From Octopus vulgaris (taxonomy: Eukaryota), in contig OX597840.1 in assembly GCA_951406725.2 (NCBI GenBank), positions 13,764,001 through 13,828,000 of the forward strand: DNA of 64,000 nucleotides, read 5' to 3'. The position numbers and the translations under genes were made by a program. The notes below the pieces were generated by a model that saw only the letters and a program-made list of their open reading frames with translations, ran no database searches and was not told the DNA's origin. Shown here piece by piece: positions 26,198 to 38,375 of this stretch; positions within the stretch are counted from its first letter, which is position 1; each line of letters begins with the position of its first letter.

Positions 26198-26402
26198 AAT
26201 ATATATAGGGGTTTAATATATACAGGTGTTTAATATATATATAGCAGGCTTCAGGAGAGCCTTAGAAAAAACTGGCATGTTTCTATGCATGTCAAATGTA
26301 AGGTATACCAGGCTATAGTGCTTTCCTCTCAGCTGTATGGAGCTGAAAGCTAGACAGTCTATAAAGCTCAAGAAGATGAGTTACCTGCATATATGTATAC
26401 AC

Positions 26403-26813
26403 TTTTTTACTCTTTTACTTGTTTCAGTCATTTAACTGTGGTCATGCTGTAACACCACCTTTAGACGAGCAAATCGACCCCAGGACTTATTCCTTGTAAG
26501 CCTAGTACTTATTCTACCGGTCTCTTTTGCTGAACTGCTAAATTACAGGGATGTAAACACACCAGCATCGGTTGTCAAGTGATGTTGGGGGGGACAAACA
26601 CAGACACACAAACATATACACATACATACATATATATATATACATAAATACAATGGGCTTCTTTCAGTTTCCGTTTACCAAATCCACTCACAAGGCTTTG
26701 GTTGGCCCGAGGCTATAGTAAAAGACACTTGCCCATGGTGCCACGCAGTGGGGCTGAACCTGGAAAAATGTGGTTGGTAAGCAAGCTACTTACCACACAG
26801 CCACTCCTACGCC
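26403..26813 (-). mobile_element. SINE family A
   Basis: Full match; possible target-site duplication tacctgcata at 26382 and 26823. Confidence 0.9.
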
Positions 26814-27563
26814 TTACACGTATACCTGCATACTTGTATATGAAGAGACAGCTACGATGAATTACGGATATTATTCTCTTTGACAAGAGCAGAAATGAAG
26901 AGATCCTCTGGCATGCTAGACTGCCTCCTACAATGAAAATCCTCACAGATAGAAATTTACAGTGGTTGGATCATGTACACAGGATGAAAAACAACAGACA
27001 ACTCCTTTATTCCCATCTATGCAAGGGGAAAAGAAACCATAGAAAACTTTGACTGAAATTCAAAGATACTGCAAAATGGAACATGAAGTGGAAAGGAATT
27101 GATCAGAATAAATGGCAAAAGCAAGCAAATAAAAACCGACCAGTATGGAGAAAGCTTATCAAGTCATGCCAAAGCCATGAACAGTCATAGCCGTGATGAC
27201 TGATTGCTGATAGAGTTATATATTATTAAGGACCACAAATTTTACTGTACATCTCCTGACTTGTTTTCTGACACTTTTTCTCTATTCTGCTTCATCTCGG
27301 TAGAATCTAGTGTCAGTGACCAGATCATAGATCTATGACAACATTTGATGATGTTTAATAATATATATTATGATAACAAAACTGGTGTAATGTGTGTTTT
27401 AAATGTCTGTTATCATGATGGCTGATGTAATTGTTTTGGTTTCAATGTACAATCTCAGATCAATTAATTCACCTACCAAACAAGTAGAAAGAAGTCCAGT
27501 ACACACACACACATATGTATATACACACACACACACACACATATATATATATGTATGTATGTA

Positions 27564-28463
27564 TAGGGTGCGGTGAATAAACTGTCGTCTAAATTACGCA
27601 AAAATGAAAATAACACTGGCATCTCGTTATAACAGACATTCATTTGTTCTTTTATTTATTATTCTTTTGCTTTGACTGTAACGATGCTGGAGCACCACCT
27701 TACCAAAATTACATTAAAATATCTTGAAATACTCAAGAGTAAATTTATTCAATAAAATAACCATTGGTTTCAACCATGGCCTCCAGACGACTTCGGAATC
27801 TCCTGCAACTCTTCTGGATGGTCTCCTTATTTAAGTTGGTGAATACTGCCATAATCCTTGCCTTCAGTTTATCTGTTGTTACAAGGAGTTTTGGTCTCTT
27901 GCTCAACTGTGCCCCACACATAATAATCAAGGGGGTTGCAGTGTCGGAGTTAGGTGGCCAAACGTAAGGGATGATATGATCACAGGAATTGTCTGACAGC
28001 TATCACTGGGTTCTCCTGCTTGTGTGGCATGGTGCAGAGTCCTGTTGCCAGACAGAGAGTCTTCCAGCAGCCACCTCTTGACCCAGGGCAGCACTACCTC
28101 CTCCAGGCACTTGATGTAGGCCTATGTGTTGAGTGTGAGGCTGTGTGGGAAGATGAATGGAGACATAACATCACCATCACTAATGATCACTGGATGTTTG
28201 ATTTTTATCACTCTTGGTACATGTCGTCAGATTGATATCCAAACACTCTGAAATGTTCATATTGGAGCTTCCAGTGCAAATGCCAAGCTGTACAGCATAT
28301 CGTTTCCAAATTTCTGGCAAAGTGAATTGCATCCTGGTGCTGTTTCTTTTCACAGATGGTGCCCAAATGACCCTACTATACTGTGTAGTCAACAAAATCA
28401 AAAACAATGTACGCGTGCAAAATTAAAAATATACAATAGTGACAATTTACACCTCACACCCTG
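27564..28463 (-). mobile_element. Internally deleted Tc1/mariner (maT/DD37D-like) transposon remnant
   Basis: Minus strand WQQDSAPCHTSRRTQ, WPPNS.., DYYVWG, CRRFRSRLEAMVETNGYFIE*; imperfect TIRs (t/c)agggtg..taaa.tgtc at both ends. Confidence 0.8.
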
Positions 28464-28694
28464 GATATATATATGATGGGCTTTCAGTTTCCATCTACCA
28501 AAACCATTTACAGGGCTTTGGCCACCCTGAAGCTATAGCAAAAGACACCTGCCCAAGTTTCCACACAATGGAACCGAACCTGGAACAATGCAATTGGGAA
28601 ACAAGCTCCATACCATACAACCACTCCTGCAGCTATGATTGTAACTGATTAATAACTGGATCTAGCTGATGTTTGTCAATTAATTATCTTTCTA

Positions 28695-29279
28695 GAGGTA
28701 AGACAAATTTTTCATGTTTGTTGCAAACACACGTCTTTGCCAGTATATACGCAGTGAAGCTTTACAATAGTGTCATATTTGTATCGATTGCTATTTTCCA
28801 GTAAATATTGGTGCCTTGTTGTACCACTCATCTGTTTTTATATGTATATGTCTACCCTTATGGGGCTTTATTTTACTGGAAAGTAATACATTTGTATTGC
28901 AATATTATTTTTCATTGAAAACTTTTTAACTGTTCTCGTTCTGTTAACGGCTTGGAGTTCAGGTGAGCATACTGGCATTGATGTGGCAACATTTGAAATC
29001 TTGTCTAGGTAAATGCAGCTGATGAAGACTGATCAAATTTACGTTGACAAACGTATTTGAAGAGTCAGAAACCAGTCCTGAATTATCCGATTCTAGGTTG
29101 TCCATTTATCGAATGTTCTTCCTTGAGGTAAGACAAATTTTTCATGTTTGTTGCACACACACGTTTCTGCCAGTATATATGCAGTGAAACTTTTACAATA
29201 GCATCGTATTTGTATCAATTGCTATTTTCCAGTAAATATTGGTGCCTTGTACCATTCATCTATTTTTATATGTATATAT
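28695..29279 (+). mobile_element. Partial tandem (430-bp period) of a hammerhead-bearing unit, Penelope pLTR or retrozyme-like
   Basis: ~155-bp direct repeats 28695-28849 and 29125-29279 flank a hammerhead; the unit ends in (TA)n. Confidence 0.75.
29016..29080 (+). ncRNA. Type I hammerhead ribozyme motif with a long stem II
   Basis: CAG-CTGATGA-aGACT..TCAAA..TACGTT gaca AACGTA.TTTGA..AGTCa-GAAA-CCAG-TC/CTG. Confidence 0.75.
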
Positions 29280-29544
29280 ATATATATATATACTACTAAT
29301 ATAGGATGAAGCTTTTTTACAGAAAATATTTCATCAGAAAATGTGGCAGCATATTAAAATACCTTTATGGTTAAAATTATAAACAACTTATAAACAAGTG
29401 CTAAAGAAAATTATTTCAATGCCAATATGCTGATAACAGACTTTTAAATCATCAATTTCCACATAGTATTTACTCGCTACAGAAAACACGTAGAGCTGAA
29501 ATCGAGGAAAGCTGGCCAACAGAATTTTTTTTAAAAGTTCGTTA

Positions 29545-29607
29545 TTTCTATATTGAATCAATTTCGGAATTAATCTCATAACAGATTTTTTTCCTCTTCA
29601 GTAGAAA
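29545..29607 (-). ncRNA. Hammerhead-like motif in a second copy of the 23012-23470 element family
   Basis: TTTCTA-CTGAAGA-GGAA..AATCT...AGATT..TTCC-GAAA-TTGAT-TC-aata-TAGAAA; flanks share cagcatattaaaa...ataaacaacttataaa and ataaatga.atacttac...acccatggaa with 23230-23460. Confidence 0.6.
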
Positions 29608-29784
29608 ATACGAAAAGACATAAATGAAATACTTACAAGCACCCATGGAAAAAAGCCGAAGCAAAAATCATGAGTACATATAAGTATCCCAGATATATCT
29701 AAATATAAAATCCTTTGGTCAGCCTCAACACATGTGTGAACTGTTCCCCAAATAATATGTGGAAATTAACGATTATATGCATGC

Positions 29785-29825
29785 ACTAGCACTATGACCT
29801 GGCATTGCCGGGTCATAGTGCTAGT
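29785..29825. repeat. 41-bp near-perfect palindrome ending in CTAGT on both strands
   Basis: actagcactatgacctggca-t-tgccgggtcatagtgctagt. Confidence 0.85.
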
Positions 29826-29829
29826 ATAT

Positions 29830-29880
<51 letters not shown>

Positions 29881-30104
29881 CATGTATATGTATATGTATA
29901 TATGTATGTATGTATATATATATATATATGTATGTATGTATATATGTACGTATGTATATATGACAGGCTTCTGTTTGTTTCCATATACCAAATCCACTCA
30001 ATGGGACTTCAGCCAGAACCATGTGGCTGGGAAGCAAACTTCCTAGAATCCTGATGGTGCCAGGTAAAAGAGTACCAGGTACACTCTGCAGAGTGGTTAG
30101 CATT

Positions 30105-31075
30105 AGATGGAATGGGATGGGGTGGTGAGAGATAGGGGTTAGGAGGTGGGATAGGGTGTGTGATGGGAGGGGATGGGGTGGCAAGAAATAGGGGTTAGGA
30201 GGTGGGATTGGGGTGTGAGATGTGATGGGGTGGCCTCCAGCTATAGAAACCATCCCAAAACAGACAACTGGAGCCAGACACATCTGTGTCTAACCAACTC
30301 CTGTCAAACTGTCCAACCAATGCCAGCATGGAAAACGGATATAGAATGGGGCATTATCATGTGTATGTGTGCAAACGCATGGGCCAGTGTGTGTGCATGT
30401 GTACAAGTAACCTCGTGTATGTGTTGTGTGGATTAATGTGCATTTTGTATATTTATGTATGTGTGTATGTATATAAGTGTATATGTGTGGTATATGTGTG
30501 GGTACGTGTGTGGATGTGTGTATATGTATGAGGCTAATGTGTGTGTGTGTGCGCATGCATTTGCAAACACTTGTGTTTAGCAGTTGATGTGTGCTGGCTC
30601 AGGTGGTGTGTGCACATGTGTATGTGTGTGTCTGTGACCATATAGTGTGCATGTTTATAGTGTATTTTTGTGGGTGAAAGTTGTGTGTGTTTATGTGTGT
30701 GTTGCATGTGTGTGTATAATTGTGTGTTCAGGCATTTTGTGCTTTTTAGAGTGGATGCTATACATATGGGGAATACATAGAGACGTGAGAGGGGTTAGGA
30801 GGTGGGATTGGAGTGTGAGATGGGATGGGATAGAGTGGCAAGAAATAGGGGTTAGGAAGTAGGATTGAAGTGTGAGATGGAATGGGATGGGGTGGTGAGA
30901 GATAGGGGTTAGGAGGTGGGATAGGGGTGTGAGATGTGATGGGGTGGCCAGAGATATGGGTTAAGAGGTGGAATTGGGATGTGAGATGGGATAGGTTGGG
31001 ATGGTGAGAGATAGGGGTTAGGAGTTGGGATAGGGGTGAGGGGAGGTTGGATAGGGATGAAGGGGTGGAATGGGG
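30105..31075 (+). repeat. G-rich ~56-57-bp minisatellite in two arrays (30105-30235, 30788-31075)
   Basis: Unit gagataggggttaggaggtgggatagggtgtgagatgggatgggatggggtggt; ggggtt recurs at 30135/30191 and 30791/30848/30905. Confidence 0.85.
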
Positions 31076-32064
31076 TGCTAGTGTGTGGGTGTGTGCATGA
31101 TGGTGTGTGGTGCATGTACTGGGTTGAACAGTGTATAGGGGTGCTTGTATAGTGGTGTGTGTGGTGACACTATTGAAGAGTTGTGTGGGTATGTGGGTAA
31201 TAGTGTGCGGTGCGGGTACTGAGAGGTGTTGGGTGCTAGTGTGTGTAGCTTGGGAAGGTGCTTTATAGTGGTGTGTGAAGGTACTGAGGTAGGCAGTGTG
31301 CAGGTGTGTAGGTGGAGGGGAGGGGCAGTTGAATGAGGGAGGTGTGTGGGAATCTGTGTGGGGTTGGTGTCAAATGAAAAGAAGTAGCAAGTTAAGCCCA
31401 TAAGGGGTGAAGAGATGAAGAGAGAAGATTAATTCCTGTTCATGGTGAAGGTGAGAGTTGGGGTGGCCTCTGTGCAGAAACAGTCTGAACACAGACAGAT
31501 GTTAAAGGGAAATGACCATGAAAGTGGAAGTGGTGCAAGACCAGGGTGTCATTGCTGAGTCTGATGTCTTGGAGTGAACAAGTCAGCCAAGCTGCATCCT
31601 GTTTGACCAATGTACAGTGAAGGACAGAGATAGCAGGAGATGCAGTAGATAACATTACTGGAGTTGCAGGTAAAGGAGTTGGTGATGTGACAGGGGTGGT
31701 GGTGGGTGCCAGATAGTGGTGTTAGAGAGGTAGGGGCAGGAGCGACAGCATGGGTGAGAGCAATGGAAAGAGCCAGGCTGGCAGGCAGGGGTAGGGAAGA
31801 ACATGTGAACCAAGGAGGTCATGCAGGTTATGGGCTCATTTGAAGGATGGAAGGGGTGGGTTAAGGAAGATGTGTGAGGTGGAGGGGTCGGACTGGAGTC
31901 ACCGGAAGGCTTGGAGAATGGTGCATTAGAGGGGTAAGGTGGAGGGATGGTAGGTGAAGGGAAAGGAGGCAGGTAAGAGTGTGGTGCGGTGCAAGGAAAA
32001 AAAGCAGTGGCACAGTCAATGGATCATGCCCAGGCAAGGGCAGTGTGGATAATGGTGAGGGGTT

Positions 32065-32300
32065 TTGCTTCTCAGACTGGGCGTTGTGTGCGTTTACTGA
32101 GTGAGAACACCTAAAAGCTCTATGAGGCTCCAGTAGGGGGTGGTGGCGACCCCTGTTGTACTCTTTTGCTACAACTTTCTCTCACTCTCTCTTCCTATTT
32201 CTTGAGTAACACTGCAATGGACTGGTGGGAACACATACACCACAGAAACCTGGAAACCGGGCCCATGAGCCTGGCTAGGCTTCAAAAGGGCAACGTTTAT
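32065..32300 (+). mobile_element. SINE family C, 5'-decayed
   Basis: gggcgttgtgtgcgtttactgagtgagaacacctaaaagctc...ggctaggcttcaaaagggcaacgtttat. Confidence 0.75.
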
Positions 32301-32302
32301 CG

Positions 32303-32329
<27 letters not shown>

Positions 32330-32342
<13 letters not shown>

Positions 32343-33195
32343 CAGATGAGCATGTATTTGCTTTTCACGTGAAAATGACTTCACTAATTACTTCCGTACT
32401 TGTGATGTATAAATAATTTGCCCTTGGACATATAACAGGGTCTTCATTTGATTTTTTAATTAAAAATTTTAAAATATTGTTTTATATTTATGATTCACTT
32501 CATTAAAAGGTTTCTCAATGTCAACGTCCGGTATTGATGTAAAAATGGCAAAGTCTCTCACTCTCTATTTTAATGTTCACTATTTGTAAATGACTACAAT
32601 AAATTACTGAAAGAAATATTTATGAAGTTCACAAATTTAAATATTCGGTACAAGGTACTTTTTAACGTGCTTTTTATTTCTACGATTTTTTCATTCCGTG
32701 TTTATCTCATTCATTGTTTGCAATGTTCTCCCCCCCCCACCACCACACACATAATCCAAGTTTCATTTCCTTCTTAACTCGCACACTTTGTTAATTTCTG
32801 TAAAAAAAATTTAATTTATTTTCTTTTTGCATGCCAGGTTCAGCTCTATGCATTTGTAGTCAGTCACACATGCACACGTGTGTTTTTGTATGTACATTTG
32901 GATACATTTATGTATGTGAGTGTGTGTGTGAATGAAGGGGTGTGCTGTCATGCATATGTACTATGCATACATCATTTTTCTATGTATGTGTGCATGCGTG
33001 TGTGAGAAAGAGAGAGAGTGATGTCTAAATGGCACTCTCTTGCTCTCTCTTTCTCTCTCTCTCACACACACACACATACAAGAAAGATGTATACCTATTT
33101 ATTTATGTATGTATGTATACATGACAACAAACCTGTTCACTTGCTCTTTCCCTTTCTCTCTCACAAACACACACGTCCATTTCATCTGATGTTTG

Positions 33196-33227
<32 letters not shown>

Positions 33228-33296
33228 ATTTTGCTTTTTTCTTCCAATATACAAGGAAAAATTTCATTCCCGGACAACACCGGGTGCCTTTGCTAG
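32330..33296 (+). mobile_element. Non-autonomous Helitron (probable)
   Basis: 3' hairpin cccgg-acaaca-ccggg (33269-33284) followed 8 nt later by CTAG|T (33293-33296); the 5' end is masked by (TA)n. Confidence 0.6.
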
Positions 33297-33524
33297 TATA
33301 TGTATATATAGGAATTAAAATAAGAGAAAAACAAAACCAAGGCAGGTTTTAAATGATTCTGATAATCTTGTCCTACCTTGGTTTTGTTTTCCCCTTTTAA
33401 TTTATACCTGCTGACTCAGAAGTCTGCTATGGATTACCATTTATAAAACTTGCGCAGTGCACCTATTGGTTAAGATCATCAGTGACCTAAACCCTTCCTT
33501 TTCACTATATCTATACATACATAC

Positions 33525-34179
33525 ATAATCAAAATAAGCATTTGTAGTTATGCCTCAAATTCCCCGCGAAAAGCATGCTAAGACTCATTGGAAACGTATG
33601 CCGCATCAAATAAAATATTTACTGCTGCATAATTAAATTTATAAATTTATAAATGAAGGTGAAAAATTGATATTAATTTAATAATACCATTAATTTAACA
33701 CCGAGTGGCTTAGCACAAAAAACTAGGGAGAAAATACAAATTTATACATAAATTATTAGAGAGTTACCACTATGTGGATAGCTCTAGTGCTAAAAATAGC
33801 TCCGATAGTATAGCCACAGAAACGATGTTTCCAACTAGAAATAACATTACATTTAACGGAAGGAAAGTGAAATATAACGAATAAATAGAATGACCCTGAA
33901 CAATTGTTTCATTACTAATGTAATATGCAATTTTACTTACATAGACATCTATAAATCATCAGCAGAGGTTTGTCTTAAATACAATTTATTAGACCAATTC
34001 GCGGGGAATTTGAGGCATAACTAAAAATGCAATTGGTTAAACCGCACGTGTATTTGACGCTCGTGTTGGTCTAATAAATTGTATTTAAGACAAACCTCCC
34101 TAGTTTTTTGTGCTAAGCCACTCGGTGTTAAATTAATGGTATTATTAAATTAATATCAATTTTTCACCCTGATTTATAA

Positions 34180-34186
<7 letters not shown>
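33525..34186. mobile_element. Microsatellite-flanked element with three interleaved inverted-repeat pairs and a hammerhead
   Basis: Pairs 33538-33570/33998-34030, 33640-33730/34096-34186 and 33965-33997/34066-34098. Confidence 0.8.
33894..33967 (-). ncRNA. Hammerhead motif
   Basis: CTCTG-CTGATGA-tTTAT...GTAAt-GAAA-CAATTG-TT/CAGGG; stem III is the palindrome ACAATTGT. Confidence 0.65.
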
Positions 34187-34242
<56 letters not shown>

Positions 34243-34291
34243 CGTTTAAATATTTGTTGGCTAAACTGGCAATATGACCATTCCGAAATAT

Positions 34292-34347
<56 letters not shown>

Positions 34348-34379
34348 ATATATATATGTGTGTGTGTATATATATATAT

Positions 34380-34600
34380 GTGTGTATATGTATATATTTG
34401 TGTGTCTGTGTTTGTCCCCCCAACATCGTTTGACAACCAATGCTGGTGTGTTTACATCCCCATAACTTAGCAGTTCAGCAAAAGAGACCGATAAAATAAG
34501 TACTAGTCTTACAAAGAATAAGTCCTAGGACCAATATGCTCGATTAAAGGCGGTGCTCCAGCATGGCCACAGTCAAATGACTGAAACAAGTAAAAGAGTG
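34380..34600 (+). mobile_element. SINE family A, 3' half
   Basis: Matches from tgtgtttgtccccc to gaaacaagtaaaagag. Confidence 0.85.
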
Positions 34601-34989
34601 TATGTATGTATATATGTATGTATGTGGGTATGTGTGTAATCTTCTACACTGTCTTTTCACCCTTCCTCCCACCCTATCACCTGAAAAGTAAATTATCCTC
34701 TCGCTTTTCCTTCTTTCTTTCTTTCTTTCTCTCACAGTAACTTTGCTTTTTTCTTTACCTTTCTTTTCTTTATTTATTATATTATTATATTGTTATTTGT
34801 TTACTTAATCTCAATTATAATTTTTTTCTTTAATTTCAGTTTTAGGCTTACGTCTGTTTGGTTGTTCAGAAAATACTGTCTGATCTTTCAAAAGCATTTT
34901 ATCAAATCCAATTTATGATTTTACTTTTGTGGTGTTTAAGATGAAATTTTAATAATTGATGAGTACTCTTTAATAAATTTCTACTGAGC

Positions 34990-35381
34990 GTGACCAATGC
35001 TAGTGCCACCAGATTGGCACCTTGCTGGTGGCATGTAAAAAGTACCATCTGAGCACGGCCAATGCCAGTGCTGCCTGGCAGGCACCCATGCCAGTGGCAT
35101 ATGAAAAGCACCATTCAAGTGTGGTTAATGCCAGTGTTGCCTGAGTGGCACCTGTTCTGGTGGCACATAAAAAGCACCATTCAAGCATGGCCAATGCCAT
35201 GTAAAAAGCACCCACTACACTTTCGGAGTGATTGGTGTTAGGAAGGGCATCCAGCTGTAGAAAATTTGCCAAATCAGATTGGAGTCTGGTGCAGCCTCCC
35301 GGCCAGCCAGTTCTCAGGCAAACCATCCAACCCATGCCAGTATGGAAAGCAGGCGTTAAACGATGATGATGATGATGATGA
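34990..35381 (+). mobile_element. RTE LINE 3'UTR and (GAT)n tail
   Basis: Subrepeats and terminal motif as at 1100-1826. Confidence 0.85.
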
Positions 35382-35734
35382 TTTCTTTCAGAACAAAATT
35401 TTGAAATGAAGAAATCCTTAATTTCAAACATGAAAAAAAAAAAAGAAAAAGAGGAAAGGCATTTACTTTTTTTGCATGAATCCAAGCTTGGCCATAAAGC
35501 TTCCCAAACAGCCACCAATATCAACAGAGCATGGGGTGATGGGTCCACTAGTGATCGGATGGAATGACAGTGGTTTCAGAGAAGAAGATCAAGAAGTACA
35601 TCCATCCATGCTTGATGTTCAGCATTTGAAAACAATGCAGCTTCCTGGAACCTAGTTTGCAACAAGGAACTGGAAGAAATGCCTGCTCACTTGAGCAAAA
35701 TGAGACCTGCACTTGTTAATTGATGTGGTCCAAT

Positions 35735-36095
35735 TCTTATTTCTTTATTGCCCACAAGGGGCTAAACACAGAGGGACAAACAAGGACAGACAAAGGAATT
35801 AAGTCGATTACATCGACCCCAGTGCATAAATGGTACTTAATTTATCGACCCTGAAAGGATGAAAGGTAAAGTTGACCTCGGCGTAATTTGAACTCACAAC
35901 ATAACGGCAGATGAAATACTGCTAGGCATTTCACCCGGTGTACTAATGTTTCTGCCAGCTTGCTGCCTTCTTTCAGTTTGGTTGGCCTGAGGCTATAGTA
36001 GAAGACACTTGCCCAAGGTGCCACGCAGTGGAACTGAACCCAGAACCATGTGGTTGGCAAGCAATTTACTTACCACACAGCCATTCCTGCACCTA
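35735..36095 (-). mobile_element. SINE B (35735-35968) adjacent to a SINE A head (35970-36095)
   Basis: Family motif matches. Confidence 0.8.
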
Positions 36096-36099
36096 TACG

Positions 36100-36146
<47 letters not shown>

Positions 36147-36149
<3 letters not shown>

Positions 36150-36312
36150 GTAAAAACGGTAAGATAACAAAAGAAAGAAAGAGACCTCAATATTATGTAA
36201 ATAGAGGAAATTTATCTGTAAAATAATGTGACAATTATTCAATAGCCAGATAACCGGCATCTGAAACTCAGAGTTTTATCTTGGCTATTGAATAATTGTC
36301 ACATTATTTTAG
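36147..36312. repeat. (TA)n-flanked insert ending in a 35-bp fold-back (36219-36253 / 36276-36311)
   Basis: taaaataatgtgacaattattcaatagccagataa versus its reverse complement. Confidence 0.85.
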
Positions 36313-36564
36313 ATATATATATATTTTATCCTGTTACAGTTAACCACCCACCTTGCACATCATTAGTGGTTGCACAATCAGCTTAAAATGTTTACTCATT
36401 CAACTGGTGTCTATAAATGCTTATATCTACCCACAATTTATAAATTTTTTTTTATTAGTCTGTATTATCACAGCTGTCCAGTGAACGGTTATGCGAAACT
36501 CAATTAACAGTTTGTGAAGTTTTACAGCTTTAATAAAATAGTGTGTGTGTGTGTGTGTGTGTGA

Positions 36565-36620
<56 letters not shown>

Positions 36621-37629
36621 AACATATATATACATATATAGATGTATACATATAAATATATATCTATATATCTAACTATCTACCTATCTATCTATCCGTC
36701 TCTCTCTCTATATATATATATGTGTGTGTGTGTGTACATACACATACATGTCTGTGCATGTATGTACCCATCTTCTGTCTATCTATGTATATATATATAT
36801 TATACATGGTCACATACATATATATGTATAAAATTATTTTGCACACAAGTTAGCTATTGTCAGTATGTAACCCCTTTCATCAGAGAAATTAGTATCTTGG
36901 GAGAGGACAGCATGCTTAAAGATCAGAGTGTTGAAGTTTATTGACATAAATGTTTTATTTCTCACACCCTGTCCACATACAATTGATCTGTACTGGTTAC
37001 TCTGAACAAGAACTTTCATTTGATGTAATTATTAAACAAAGAATTAACAAAAGATAACGAGCTATACAATGAATACTATGTGTAACTAGCAAAAAAATTC
37101 CCCAAACACTAAAACACATTCATGTTGTGTCCACATTAAGTTCCATGCAAGACCAATTAATGCTGTTAATTCCTTATAGTATTTTACTGATTTCAGTTAC
37201 TAACAGTGGCCATGCTGCAGCACAATTCTCAATGGGACTTTTCTGAATTATATTGAATGCAGTACTGAAACCATTCTGGTATTTATTTTATCGATCTATG
37301 CTTAGCTAATGGCTAAGTTACTTTTTTAAATAATGGGATGTCGCTCATACTCACAATTATACATACCCTCATTTATATGTGTGTGTATGTGTATGCACAC
37401 AGACACACACACACTCACGCATACACACGTGTACACATACCCACACACGTGCACACACACACATTCACTCACACATACACACACATGCACACACATATAC
37501 ACACTCACACATACACAAACACACACACACATACATACATAAATGCACACACACACGCACAAACAAACTCACACATGCACACACACTCATACATACAAAC
37601 ACATAAACACACATATACACAGACATAAA

Positions 37630-37975
37630 TGCAAGCCCTGGATATATATGGTATGCAATGGAAGTCTGTAAATGTTTCAGCAAGACTCTACACCATCACA
37701 TAAAGTTTAAGCAACTCAATAATGGAAGACTGACAATTTTCATGATCACATAACCCCCAACATTTGGCCTCCAGACTCACCAAATCCTGATCCATTGGAC
37801 CACAATGTGTGGAGCATTGTTGAGAGGTCAATCAGCATCTCATAACCCCAAAGTTTCTCTGAAAGCCACCACATGTCCAATATGAACCTGGAGCATTTAA
37901 TTTGGGCACGTAGATGATCCAGATGTCGCATGGAAGTAGTTATGGATGCTGATAGGGGCTCCATTGAATAAAATT
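37630..37975 (+). pseudogene. Tc1/mariner (maT/DD37D-like) transposase remnant
   Basis: FQQDSTPSHK...FHDHITPNIWPPDSPNPDPLDHNVWSIVER...RMEVVMDADRGSIE*. Confidence 0.75.
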
Positions 37976-38004
37976 ATAAAGAAGATAATCTAATTTACAT
38001 CCTC

Positions 38005-38375
38005 TTATTTGTTTCAGTCATTTGACTGCAGCCATGCTGGAGCAACACCTTTTAGTCAAACAAATCAACCCCAAGATTTATTCTTTGTAAGCCTAGTACT
38101 TATTTCTATTGGTCTCTTTTACCGAACCACTAAATTATGGGGTTGTAAACACACCAGCATCGGTTGTCAAGTGATGGTGATGGTAGGGAAAAACACTGGC
38201 AAACAAACATAGACATATAAATATATATATATATATGACAGGCTTCTTTCAGTTTCCATCTACCAAATCCATTCACAAGGCTTTGGTCAGCCCGAGGCTA
38301 TAGTAGAAAACACTTGCCCAAGGGTACCATGCAGTGGGACTGAACCCGGAACCATGTTGTAGGTAAGCAAGCTGC
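38005..38375 (-). mobile_element. SINE family A
   Basis: Family match. Confidence 0.85.

Larger units (their letters stand above)
25630..27170 (+). pseudogene. Decayed RTE (BovB-like lineage) C-terminal region hosting two nested inserts
   Basis: EITYRMNRA / CKVYQAIVLSSQLYGAES*TVY / NLQWLDHVHRMKNNRQLLYSHL..G.R...LKFKD...WRKLI. Confidence 0.75.

Noticed and set aside
33440-33490. CTGATGA on the minus strand in a TA-flanked insert
   Set aside because: No GAAA/stem III at a usable position.
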